Assembly: GCA_964633905.1 (NCBI GenBank)
Contig: CAZWIT010000001.1
Location: 65,535-129,534, forward strand
Direction: 5' to 3'
From: an uncultured Gammaproteobacteria bacterium
Lineage (GTDB): Bacteria > Patescibacteriota > Patescibacteriia > UBA1558 > GWA2-36-10
DNA: 64,000 nt
The notes below the pieces were generated by a model, which saw only the letters and a list, made by a program, of their open reading frames with translations, did not search any database and was not told the origin of the DNA. This document shows positions 18,524 through 28,214 of this stretch, piece after piece. The position numbers and the translations under genes were made by a program. The number at the start of each line of letters is the position of its first letter. Position 1 is the first letter of the stretch.

Positions 18524-19096
18524 ATGAAAATATATTTTTACAGTCCACAAGCAAGTAGCGAGGCTAGTTTAGTGAGTAATTATTTAAAGCAGGCAGGTGT
18601 TTCATTACTTAGTAATTTAGCGCCGGTTTTGAAAAAAAACAAAGATAATAGCGAAGGCGCGTTGAAAGTAGATGCTTTGTTGATTTTAGCTAAAAATTTA
18701 GATACACAAGCAGCCTATCTATTGGCTTTAGTTTTGGCCCAAAATCGTCCAGTTTTATGTTTGTTGCCCAAAGGATCTAAATTAGATAGCACTTTGGAAA
18801 ACCTGAATCAACAAGCCAATTTTGCTAAAAAATTGCAAATTAGCTTTTATCAAGACAGCGATTTAAAACAACAAGTTATTGCCTGGTTGCAAACTTTAGA
18901 TCAGGGTAAATTGCGCAATTTATTTAATATTAAATATACTTTGCGTTTGTCAGGAAAAATTTCTGATTATTTAAATTGGAAAGCAAGTGATGCTAATATG
19001 TCAGGAGCAGATTGGTTGCGGCAGTTGATCCAAGATAATATGGATAACGACACTGCTTATCAAACAGTTTTAAAAAATAAATATAAGCTTAATTAA
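18524..19096 (+). CDS. Rossmann-like N-terminal domain plus C-terminal ribbon-helix-helix; putative regulator
   Basis: C-terminal KYTLRLSGKISDYLNWKASDANMSGADWLRQLI fits the RHH pattern. Confidence 0.55.
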   Translation: MKIYFYSPQASSEASLVSNYLKQAGVSLLSNLAPVLKKNKDNSEGALKVDALLILAKNLDTQAAYLLALVLAQNRPVLCLLPKGSKLDSTLENLNQQANFAKKLQISFYQDSDLKQQVIAWLQTLDQGKLRNLFNIKYTLRLSGKISDYLNWKASDANMSGADWLRQLIQDNMDNDTAYQTVLKNKYKLN

Positions 19097-19099
19097 ATT

Positions 19100-19918
19100 A
19101 TGATGGAAAATCAGCATCCGGTTAAGAATTTTTATGATTTGGATTATCAAGTTTCACTAAAGGCTAAACCTTTTTTTATCAAAGCCAAGGAAAATAATAA
19201 TACTTTAATTATTTTAGTGCATGGTTTTTCTAGTTCGCCTTATGGTTTGCATAAGCTAGCTGATAATTTGGCCAACTTAGGTTGGGACGTAGAAGCGATA
19301 TTATTAAAGGGTCATGGCGGCAGCTTTGAAGCTTTGAGGGATAGTAACAGTTTGCAGTGGTATCATTCTTTAGAACAGGTCTATTTTAAATATGCTAATA
19401 TTTATGAAAATATTTTTATAATTGGTGATTCTTTTGGGGCTAACATGTGTATGCAGTTAGCTTATCATCATCCTCGTATCAAGGGTATTGTAGCGATTAA
19501 TCCAGCTATTTTTATTAATAAAGAGCGCTATATTCGTTTAGCATTGCCACTGGCACGAATATTTATGAAGCGCTATAAAAAAAATTGGCATCAAGTTGCG
19601 GATTTAAAAAATGTTCGCGAAGCTGGTCGCCATGTTTATTTGCCAATTAAAAGCATTGTTCAGTTTTATCATTTTATTGACCATTTTACTAAAAAGACAG
19701 TAGCTCAAATATCAGTGCCGATTTTGATTATTCATTCTCGGCAAGACTCTGTTTCTAGTCCGCGTAGTTCGCAATGGATTTATGATAATTGGGCCAATGC
19801 TGATCGGCAATTATTTATTTTACAAAAAAGCAAACATGGTTTTGGCATGATTAATTCCAGTCGGCATGATTTTATTATGAATAAGATTGATAATTTTATT
19901 AGTAGGCGTTGTGTTTAA
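19100..19918 (+). CDS. Alpha/beta hydrolase (carboxylesterase/monoacylglycerol lipase-like)
   Basis: HGFSSS, LKGHG, GDSFG nucleophile elbow, D (QDSV) and H (SKH). Confidence 0.85.
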   Translation: MMENQHPVKNFYDLDYQVSLKAKPFFIKAKENNNTLIILVHGFSSSPYGLHKLADNLANLGWDVEAILLKGHGGSFEALRDSNSLQWYHSLEQVYFKYANIYENIFIIGDSFGANMCMQLAYHHPRIKGIVAINPAIFINKERYIRLALPLARIFMKRYKKNWHQVADLKNVREAGRHVYLPIKSIVQFYHFIDHFTKKTVAQISVPILIIHSRQDSVSSPRSSQWIYDNWANADRQLFILQKSKHGFGMINSSRHDFIMNKIDNFISRRCV

Positions 19919-19921
19919 ATT

Positions 19922-20227
19922 ATGTTAGCTAAAAAATTTCAACGTCATATTGAGGATTTTATTTGTGAGCATTGTGGTATTAAAGTACAAGGAAATGGCT
20001 ATACCAATCATTGTCCCAAGTGTTTATGGAGCAAGCATGTAGATATTAATCCTGGAGATAGAGCTTCGGCTTGTCAGGCCTTGATGAAGCCTATTGATTT
20101 AGAATCAAAAGGTGATGGACAAGTTATTACTTACCATTGCCTTAAGTGTGGTTTTGAAAGAAAAAATAAGGTAGCAGAGACTGATGATTTAGAAGAATTA
20201 ATCAAACTAAGTACTATTAAATTATAA
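19922..20227 (+). CDS. RNHCP domain Zn-finger protein
   Basis: FICEHCG, TNHCPKCLWSKHVD, PGDRAS, HCLKCG. Confidence 0.9.
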   Translation: MLAKKFQRHIEDFICEHCGIKVQGNGYTNHCPKCLWSKHVDINPGDRASACQALMKPIDLESKGDGQVITYHCLKCGFERKNKVAETDDLEELIKLSTIKL

Positions 20228-20319
20228 TAAAGAATTGCCCCGAAGTATAAAACAGCGGGGCAATTTTACTATTGTGGTAAAAAGTAAAATTATGGTAAAA
20301 TAATATTGAAAAAATAGAC

Positions 20320-22032
20320 ATGTCACAGACAATTACGGATGTTTTTAAGGAAAGCGTGGAAAAGTATGGTAAGCGAAATGCTTTGGCTTTTTTAAGTAAC
20401 AAAAAATACCAAACTATTACTTATCAAGCTTTAGATAATTATCGTTTGCAGATAGCTAAATGGTGGCAAGAATTGGGCCTACAAAAAGGGGAAAAAATAG
20501 CTATTATGTTACCTAATTCTCCAGAGTGGATTATTGCTGATTTAGCTGCTGCTAGTCTTGGTCTAGTAATTGTGCCAGTGCATAGTACTTTTAGTGGTAG
20601 TTATTTAGCCAATTTAGTTAAACATGCTCAGGCTGATTATTTATTGATTGATGGTACTAACTTTGCTAAACATAAAGATACAGTTAAAAATTTGTCTTTT
20701 AAAAAAATATTTTTAGTGAATAAAGAAGGTGAATCGCAGCATTTGTCCTGGCCAGTTTTAGACGCTGGGCTTTGTCCAGAAATCAAAAAGCCTAATATTA
20801 AGGCAAACGATTTACATATTATTATTTATACTTCTGGCACTACCGGTGATCCCAAAGGTGTGATGTTATCGCATCATAATATAGTGACTGATGCCTTGTC
20901 TGCTATTCGGCGCGTGCCGATCAATTGTCAGGATAGATTTTTTTCTTTTTTGCCTTTATCACATGCTTTTGAGCGTATGGCTGGCTACTATTGTCCGATT
21001 TTTGTTGGTGCTAGTATTTATTTTGCTCAAAGTCCTAAAACCATGGTTGCTGATATTAAGTTAGCCAAGCCTACGGTTTTGCCTAGCGTGCCTAGAATTT
21101 TTGAAAAGATTTACGATAAGATTTACGATAAGATTAGGAGTTCAGGGCAAATGCGCAAACAATTGTTTTATCAGGCAATTGATTTAGCGAGAGCTAGACG
21201 ACATGGTCGTTTGCCTTGGTCACAATTAATAAAATACAAAATTTTAAATATTTTGGTTTTAAAAAAGTTGCGTCAAATTTTTGGTGGTAGTTTACGTTTA
21301 GCAATTTCTGGCGGATCTTCATTAAATCCTATGATTGGTAAATTTTTTGAAAATCTTGGCATTAAAAATATCGAAGGTTATGGTTTGACTGAAACCAGTC
21401 CGATTGCGGCTATTAATAAATTGGATTTTTATAAGTACGGCACGGTTGGTCCAGCTATAGATTGTAATCGCATTAAGATTGCGGAGGATAAAGAGATATT
21501 AATAAAAGGCGATAATGTGATGTTAGGGTATTATAATAACCCTGAGGCTACAGCTGATGTGATGGTAGATGACGGCTGGTTTAAAACTGGTGACCTTGGT
21601 TTTATAGACAATGATGGTTTTCTGACCATTATTGGTAGGGCTAAAGATATGATAGTACTGTCTACTGGTAAAAAAGTATTTCCAGAACCAATTGAAAATG
21701 TTTTAAATGCTAATAAATATATTAGCCAAAGCATGGTTTATGGTAGTAACAGCAAACATATTTCTGCCTTGATTGTGCCGGATAAAGAGGAATTATCCAA
21801 GTGGTGCCAAAAGTCTGATTTGCAGTTTGCTTGGCCTGAAATTTTAGAAAAAACAGAGTTAAAAGAGTTTTATCAACAGCAAATAACTAAAGCTTTAGAG
21901 CACTTGGCAAATATTGAACAAATTAATCATTTTCAATTGTTAAATGAAGAATTTAGTCAGGAGAATGGCATGTTGACATTAACATTGAAATTGAGACGGC
22001 CTCATATTATGTCCAAATATATAATTAAGTGA
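20320..22032 (+). CDS. fadD: Long-chain fatty acid--CoA ligase (FadD15-like)
   Basis: IIYTSGTTGDPKGV, FLPLSHAFER, EGYGLTE, GWFKTGDLG, TLKLRR. Confidence 0.92.
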   Translation: MSQTITDVFKESVEKYGKRNALAFLSNKKYQTITYQALDNYRLQIAKWWQELGLQKGEKIAIMLPNSPEWIIADLAAASLGLVIVPVHSTFSGSYLANLVKHAQADYLLIDGTNFAKHKDTVKNLSFKKIFLVNKEGESQHLSWPVLDAGLCPEIKKPNIKANDLHIIIYTSGTTGDPKGVMLSHHNIVTDALSAIRRVPINCQDRFFSFLPLSHAFERMAGYYCPIFVGASIYFAQSPKTMVADIKLAKPTVLPSVPRIFEKIYDKIYDKIRSSGQMRKQLFYQAIDLARARRHGRLPWSQLIKYKILNILVLKKLRQIFGGSLRLAISGGSSLNPMIGKFFENLGIKNIEGYGLTETSPIAAINKLDFYKYGTVGPAIDCNRIKIAEDKEILIKGDNVMLGYYNNPEATADVMVDDGWFKTGDLGFIDNDGFLTIIGRAKDMIVLSTGKKVFPEPIENVLNANKYISQSMVYGSNSKHISALIVPDKEELSKWCQKSDLQFAWPEILEKTELKEFYQQQITKALEHLANIEQINHFQLLNEEFSQENGMLTLTLKLRRPHIMSKYIIK

Positions 22033-22041
22033 TTTAAAAAT

Positions 22042-23304
22042 ATGTTTTTTTCAAAATATAATTATATTAAAAATATTTTATTATCTAGAATTAAAAAAAA
22101 TGTTAAATCTGATTTAGAAATCATTAATATATTAAATTTATTAAAAAATAGTGTAGGCTATCCTGATATTAAGGTTTTAGAGTCTGCTACTGGTTCAGAG
22201 GTATTTGTTGATAATAAAAAAATATTAATGTTTGGGTCTTATAATTATTTAGGCTTAGCTAATAGAAAAGAGGTTATTGATAGTGCCGTTAATTATGTAA
22301 AAAAATTTGGCATTGGTACGGGCGGTGTGAGATTGTTGACTGGTAGTATGGTTATTCATGAAGAAATGGAAAATTTAGTTGCTAATTTTACAGGTCACAA
22401 TAACTGCGTTTCTATAGCTTCTGGTTTTGGCACTAATGCAGGTATTATTCCAGCTGTTTCTAACCTTCTAGGGTTTGGTAAATTAATATCAGCTAGAAAG
22501 TTGGTAATTTTTAGTGATGAATATAATCATGCAAGTATAGTTGATGGTTGTAGATTAAGTAAGGCTAAAGTATTAGTATATAAACATAATAATATCATTG
22601 ATTTGGAGGAAAAATTATCTAGGTATAAATATAATAGAAAGTTAATTATAACGGATGGCGTTTTTAGTATGGATGGTGATATAGCTAAGCTTGATAAAAT
22701 TCTAGATTTAGCAAAAGAATATAATGCTTTAACCATGGTAGATGATGCTCATTCAATTGGTGTTTTTGGAAAAACTGGTTCCGGAACAGCGGAACATTTT
22801 AATAGAATAGGAGAGGTTGATATTAATATGGGAACGTTTAGTAAGGGCTTGGGTGTATCAGGCGGCTTTGTTTCTTGTAGTAAGGATTTAGCAGATTATT
22901 TTAGAGTAGCTTGTAGAACATATATGTTTTCAGATTCATTATCGCCAGCCATTGTTGGTGGTGTTATTGGCTCTATTAATTATATAAAAGAGCATCCTGA
23001 AATTAGAGAAAAACTTCGAACTAATTATGAATATTTTAATAGTAATTTAAAAAAAATGGGTTTTGACACTTTTAATAGTAATACGCAAGTGGTGCCACTT
23101 TTAGTAGGTAGTGATTATAATACAATGTTATTTTTTAAAAAATTATTTGATTATGGTTTATTTGCGCCAGCTGTAAGATGGCCAGCTGTTCCAAAGAATA
23201 CTGGTAGGATAAGATTTTCAATAATGTCATCTCATAACAAAACACAGATAGACACAGCTTTAAATATGATAGAAACGGTTGGTAGACAATTACATATTAT
23301 TTAA
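22042..23304 (+). CDS. PLP-dependent alpha-oxoamine synthase (AONS/SPT/KBL/CqsA family)
   Basis: FGSYNYLGL, NHASIVDG, DGVFSMDGD, VDDAH, GTFSKG, RIRFS. Confidence 0.9.
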   Translation: MFFSKYNYIKNILLSRIKKNVKSDLEIINILNLLKNSVGYPDIKVLESATGSEVFVDNKKILMFGSYNYLGLANRKEVIDSAVNYVKKFGIGTGGVRLLTGSMVIHEEMENLVANFTGHNNCVSIASGFGTNAGIIPAVSNLLGFGKLISARKLVIFSDEYNHASIVDGCRLSKAKVLVYKHNNIIDLEEKLSRYKYNRKLIITDGVFSMDGDIAKLDKILDLAKEYNALTMVDDAHSIGVFGKTGSGTAEHFNRIGEVDINMGTFSKGLGVSGGFVSCSKDLADYFRVACRTYMFSDSLSPAIVGGVIGSINYIKEHPEIREKLRTNYEYFNSNLKKMGFDTFNSNTQVVPLLVGSDYNTMLFFKKLFDYGLFAPAVRWPAVPKNTGRIRFSIMSSHNKTQIDTALNMIETVGRQLHII

Positions 23305-23313
23305 AAATTTTTT

Positions 23314-26121
23314 ATGTTTGGTTTGATTTTAGTTAGTTTTATAGTGATTGCTAGTTTTATTTTACCGTTTTTTGTTTTAAAGCAAAATACTAAGAGTAGA
23401 CTGCATCAATTATTTTTTATATTTGCTCAAACAAATACAGTATGGGCTATTGATAATTTGCTTACAGGGATTTATCCATTAGAGATATGGGTAAGAGGAA
23501 TGTATGGCATAGGAGCCCTTTTAGTTTCTAGTGGATTGGCTTGGTTTTTTTATCTATTAGAAGGTAAAATTAATATATTTAAATATTGTTTTGTTTATTT
23601 TTTTGGTTTTTTATTCTTTTTTCTATCCTTATTTACAGACTATGTTGTAAAAAGTGTCGATAAAATTTATTTTGGTTATTTTGATGGTCAGTTTGGGTCA
23701 CTTTTTTATATTTATAGTATTTTTTTATCTGGATCTTTAATATATATAGTCTTTAGACTTTTTAGAGCAGCTCATAGGAGTATTGGTATAAAAAAATTGC
23801 AGATGATGTATGTAGCAACAGGAGCTTTTATATTTGCATTTTTTGCAATAATATTAAGTTTTATTTTTCCAATTATATTTACTAACTTCTTTAGTCAGTT
23901 TGATTTGACTGGTTCTTTTATATTTTTACTTTTTATATCTTATTCCATAGTAAAGTATAGGCTAATGGATATAAGAGTAGTTTTAATTAGGAGTATTTTA
24001 TATACTTTTCTTGTTGCTATGGTTGCCAGTTTTTTTGCATTATCAGTTTTTTTATCTACTACTTATTTAGGTGAAGAAAATAAATCTAGTAACATTATTG
24101 TTTACATAATTACTTCTTTTATTATAGTTATTTTTTTAGATCCTTTAAAAAGAGCTTTTGCTAAAATTACAGACAGAATTTTTTATAAAGACCGCATTGA
24201 TTACCAAAAAGTTTCACAAAAAGCCAGTGCTGTTGTTGCTAAAGAAATTGATTTAGATAAACTTTCTTATGCCATATCTCATCTGCTAGCAACAGAATTA
24301 AAAATTAAAGAAGTTTCAACTTTAATTGCTAAAGATAAAAATTTCGTTTTACTTTCCAGTTCTCAAATCAGTAAGTCAGACTTTAAATTGAGCCCTAGTT
24401 TTATTAATTTTATCCAAGAGCATAGGGAATTTATTATTGTTGAAGAATTAATTAGAGAGCAGGGTGATATAAATAATGAGTCCCCATATTATCAGACTTT
24501 GGATATTTTTATCAGAGAAGCCGAAAGTTTTAATGTAGAAATGGTAGTACCAATTGCCGATGATAATAATATTGTAACAGCCATATTGTTATTTTCTGCT
24601 AAAAGTTCTGGCGATTTATATAATCAAGATGATATTAACTTTTTAAAAGTCTTAGTGCCACAAATTGGTACGGCTATCACTAAGTCTAAATTGTATGAAG
24701 AAGTTCAGATCTTTAATCGTGAATTACAGGCTAAGGTAGAGGACAGAACCAAGAGTTTACGCGAGGCCAATATTGGTTTAGAAGAGCGTAATAAATTTTT
24801 GACTACTATGCAGGTGGTGACTAATATGGTTAGTCGCACCCTAGATTTAAAGCAAGTTAATCAAAATATCGCCAATAGTATTGCTTTGGAATTAGGTTAT
24901 GTGGGTGGTATTTTAAGTTTTATTGATGAATCTAAGCATACTCTAAAAATAGGCGCTATTACTGATAATGAAAAAACGAAAGATGTTATTAGTATTTTGG
25001 GTCGTGATCCTAAAACTTTTGAAGCTCAACTTAATCCGGAATTTTCTTTGGGCGCGCAAACTGTTTTGTCTGGTAAAATAAATTTTTCCGATAAAATGTC
25101 TGATTTTTTCTCACCGCCGGTTGAAGTTGCGGCGATTGATAAAATACAGAAATTTTTAGGAGTTAAAACAGTGGTGGGTTTGCCAATTTTTTCAGAAAAC
25201 AAAATTATCGGTGTGATACATTTTTTGATGGCAGTAGAACGCCATCATATTTCGGCTTTGGATATTGAGACTATGACCGCTTTGACTAATCAAGTTGGAA
25301 TCGTGTCTCGTAATTTATATTTATACAATAATTTACAATCAGCCAATGCCGAATTACAAGAAGCTAATTTGCGTTTACGCGAGCTTGATCGGGCTAAATC
25401 TGAATTTTTATCAATTGCTTCGCATCAATTGCGCACTCCAATCTCGGCTCTCAAGGGCTATTTATCCATGATGATTGACGGAGATTTTGGTCCAGTGCCG
25501 GATAAAATTAAAGTAGTTATTAAAGATTTATTTGAGAGCGCTTCGCGTTTAGCACGTTTAATCAATGTCTTTTTAAATGTTTCCCGGATTGAGTCAGGTC
25601 GATTAAAATTAGACAAACATGAAGTTCAAGTAAATGATTTGATAGTTAGTGTTGTTAAGGAATTAAATAACCAGGCTTTACAGAAAAAATTAGAGTTGCT
25701 TTATGAAGAGCCTAAAAAAACCTTGCCTTTGATTAATGCTGATAGTGATAAATTAAGAGAAGTGATTTTGAATTTGATTGATAATTCTATTAAATACACC
25801 TTGACTGGCTCGGTAAAAATTTCAGTCAGTGTTGAGGCTAATGATTTTCATTTTGTGGTCAAGGATACTGGTATTGGCATTGATCCAGAAGAAGCCAAAA
25901 CTTTATTTAGAAAATTTGTCCGTGGCTCGGGTGTGGCGCAAATTCATACTGGCGGCTCTGGTTTAGGTTTATTTATTGCCCAAAAGATTATCAAAGAGCA
26001 TGGTGGTAAAGTTTGGGCGGAAAGCGAAGGCAAAGGTAAGGGTAGTACTTTTCAATTTGTTATACCAATCGATGGTAATGGTGAGATGGTAAAGATCGCT
26101 AGCGCTGAAGAATTTAAGTAA
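23314..26121 (+). CDS. Sensor histidine kinase: HisKA_7TM-like, two GAF-like domains, HisKA, HATPase
   Basis: ASHQLRTP H-box, NLIDNSIKYT, DTGIG, GSGLGL, GKGSTF. Confidence 0.93.
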   Translation: MFGLILVSFIVIASFILPFFVLKQNTKSRLHQLFFIFAQTNTVWAIDNLLTGIYPLEIWVRGMYGIGALLVSSGLAWFFYLLEGKINIFKYCFVYFFGFLFFFLSLFTDYVVKSVDKIYFGYFDGQFGSLFYIYSIFLSGSLIYIVFRLFRAAHRSIGIKKLQMMYVATGAFIFAFFAIILSFIFPIIFTNFFSQFDLTGSFIFLLFISYSIVKYRLMDIRVVLIRSILYTFLVAMVASFFALSVFLSTTYLGEENKSSNIIVYIITSFIIVIFLDPLKRAFAKITDRIFYKDRIDYQKVSQKASAVVAKEIDLDKLSYAISHLLATELKIKEVSTLIAKDKNFVLLSSSQISKSDFKLSPSFINFIQEHREFIIVEELIREQGDINNESPYYQTLDIFIREAESFNVEMVVPIADDNNIVTAILLFSAKSSGDLYNQDDINFLKVLVPQIGTAITKSKLYEEVQIFNRELQAKVEDRTKSLREANIGLEERNKFLTTMQVVTNMVSRTLDLKQVNQNIANSIALELGYVGGILSFIDESKHTLKIGAITDNEKTKDVISILGRDPKTFEAQLNPEFSLGAQTVLSGKINFSDKMSDFFSPPVEVAAIDKIQKFLGVKTVVGLPIFSENKIIGVIHFLMAVERHHISALDIETMTALTNQVGIVSRNLYLYNNLQSANAELQEANLRLRELDRAKSEFLSIASHQLRTPISALKGYLSMMIDGDFGPVPDKIKVVIKDLFESASRLARLINVFLNVSRIESGRLKLDKHEVQVNDLIVSVVKELNNQALQKKLELLYEEPKKTLPLINADSDKLREVILNLIDNSIKYTLTGSVKISVSVEANDFHFVVKDTGIGIDPEEAKTLFRKFVRGSGVAQIHTGGSGLGLFIAQKIIKEHGGKVWAESEGKGKGSTFQFVIPIDGNGEMVKIASAEEFK

Positions 26122-26287
26122 AGCTTGACGGTTATTTTTTCTTAGGTATATAATAAGTTTAGCTTAAGAAAAGCGACAAGATGGCAATTGTCAGATTTAA
26201 TTTAGGATATTTTACAGGCAATTATTTTAGATTGTTTTTTTAATATAAACAAAAACACAGGCAAGCTTTAATTATTAATTTAAAGTT

Positions 26288-27460
26288 ATGCCTCAAAAGA
26301 AAAGCGATTTTAATTATTTATTTTTAGTATCGATCTTTTTATTTATTTTTTTGCCGCAACTTTCTTTGGCTCTTGGGTCAAAGCAAAAAATAATACAGGA
26401 CAGTACCAAATACGTAGATAAATATTTTAGTAGTAATTTAAAAACAGGCGATCAGGATTTTATCTATTTAGGCGAACAAAAAATAGCCACCGTAGATGCT
26501 CAAGGCAATGTTTTTTACAATTTAGATGACCATTTGGCTTCGCCGACTTTGATAACTGATTCAGTTGGTCAAATTGTCTCTAGTCTTGATTATCAGCCTT
26601 TTGGCAAATTAAATTCGGCTGTTTCTAGTACTAATGATCATTATCAATTTAGTGACAAAGAGTTTGATGCTGAAAATAATTGGCAGTATTTTGGCGCTCG
26701 TTATTATGATAATATTTTGGGTCGTTTTAGCTCGCTTGACCCCGTTTATCTACAAAATGTTGGGCAATATTTGGCTGATCCGCAGCAGCTCAATAGCTAT
26801 GCTTATGCTCGTAATAATCCAATTAAGTTAATAGACAAGTCTGGAGAGAAAGTTTCGGAATACCAGCCATATAAGGCTAAAAATAATTTTTATAATGTAG
26901 GCGAAGCTTTTGGCGTATATCGTGGCTTAACATTAAAAAGCGGGGGAGAATTTACCGGCAGTGATAAGCACGAGTATCAATGTGTTGCTCTGGCTAAGGA
27001 CTTTGTCAAGCAACAATTTGATGTTACTATTGGCAGGATAGGGAGCGGTAGTAATTTTGGTAAGCAAGAAATACTTAATAGTTTTAAAAATGCAGGTAAT
27101 TTTGAGGTTTATAAAAATGGTGCTACAGTTATGCCGCAAGAAAATGATATTATTTCTTGGCAGGGCGGTGGCTATGGTCATGTAGGTGTTATTGCGGAAA
27201 TAAGTTTTGATCCAAAATCAGGCAGTGGTTATGTGTATACGCTAGAACAAAATGCTAGTAAAAATAGCGCTTTGTTTGCCCAAACACTGCAAAGAAATTA
27301 CAATAAAGCTGGTCAGGCTACTTATACTATTGGTGACCGATGGCAGAGTTATCAGGTGCAGGCCTGGGCTCGCTATGGAAACCAAAGCCAATTACCAGCT
27401 GAAAATTATTCACCAATTTTATATACGCCAGCTCCTAATTTATCAAAATATTATGAATAA
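26288..27460 (+). CDS. Secreted mini-Rhs: signal peptide, Rhs core, CHAP amidase
   Basis: Hydrophobic N terminus; DHLAS..YQPFG..GARYY..NSYAYARNNP..DKSG; YQCV, GHVGVI, EQN. Confidence 0.85.
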   Translation: MPQKKSDFNYLFLVSIFLFIFLPQLSLALGSKQKIIQDSTKYVDKYFSSNLKTGDQDFIYLGEQKIATVDAQGNVFYNLDDHLASPTLITDSVGQIVSSLDYQPFGKLNSAVSSTNDHYQFSDKEFDAENNWQYFGARYYDNILGRFSSLDPVYLQNVGQYLADPQQLNSYAYARNNPIKLIDKSGEKVSEYQPYKAKNNFYNVGEAFGVYRGLTLKSGGEFTGSDKHEYQCVALAKDFVKQQFDVTIGRIGSGSNFGKQEILNSFKNAGNFEVYKNGATVMPQENDIISWQGGGYGHVGVIAEISFDPKSGSGYVYTLEQNASKNSALFAQTLQRNYNKAGQATYTIGDRWQSYQVQAWARYGNQSQLPAENYSPILYTPAPNLSKYYE

Positions 27461-28151
27461 AAAATTATTATTTTTTTTAAGCCTAGTTTTTTTGTTAGCG
27501 ATTACTGTGGCTTTGTTAGTATATTATTTAAATAAATCAACGAATTCACATTTAACAAATCAAGTAAATAATATTTCTTGGTTAACATATAAAAATGAAT
27601 CTTTAGGTTTTCAGATTAATTATCCACAACAGATGGAGTTGTGGAATGGTAATTGTATCTTAGAAGATGGTCAGGCAAAAATTACCAATGGCTTAGTACC
27701 TACCAAAATGTTCGTTGATACTGCGGCGGTTTGGATTTCCTATGAATATTTTTATGAAAATGTTAATGGAGCTTGCAAAAGAATTGATAACTCAATAGCT
27801 CTCCTAAAGGAACAAAGTGCTTGGAAAATTGTTATAGCTGATAATATTAATAATGATAAAGATCTAGATATTTTTATTAAAAAATTCTATAAAAATTTTG
27901 GTAATTGTCAATTAGAAGAAAAGCGTCCTGCTATACAAAATGGCGTTTATGATGTTTTTACAGCTTATGATGGTAAGGACTTAGGAGAGTCAGAATGTTT
28001 TATTAATACTTGGTCAGTTATTAAATATTATCCAGCTAATAAAAAAGTGATTGCTTGGACAATTGGGCAAGAGCCATACTTTTGGTCTGACAATAGGGGA
28101 GCGATTACATTTGATCAAGCTATGGCTGATAGTTTTATGTTTTTACAATAA
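27453..28151 (+). CDS. Membrane-anchored extracytoplasmic protein, candidate immunity/partner of the CHAP effector
   Basis: ATG overlaps upstream stop; TM anchor, WLTYKNESLGFQINYP motif, four Cys. Confidence 0.6.
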   Translation: MNKKLLFFLSLVFLLAITVALLVYYLNKSTNSHLTNQVNNISWLTYKNESLGFQINYPQQMELWNGNCILEDGQAKITNGLVPTKMFVDTAAVWISYEYFYENVNGACKRIDNSIALLKEQSAWKIVIADNINNDKDLDIFIKKFYKNFGNCQLEEKRPAIQNGVYDVFTAYDGKDLGESECFINTWSVIKYYPANKKVIAWTIGQEPYFWSDNRGAITFDQAMADSFMFLQ

Positions 28152-28214
28152 TATTCCAAATTTAAAAATCAGAAAAACTAAAAGCCTCTAGTATTAATTA
28201 GGGGCTTTTAATAT

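Noticed and set aside
21106-21135. 12-bp tandem repeat (KIYD-KIYD) in fadD
   Set aside because: In frame, short and within a normal helix; no sign of phase variation
22042-23304. Calling the gene bioF, kbl, spt or cqsA
   Set aside because: Family motifs are shared among all four and cannot be separated by eye, so no symbol was given
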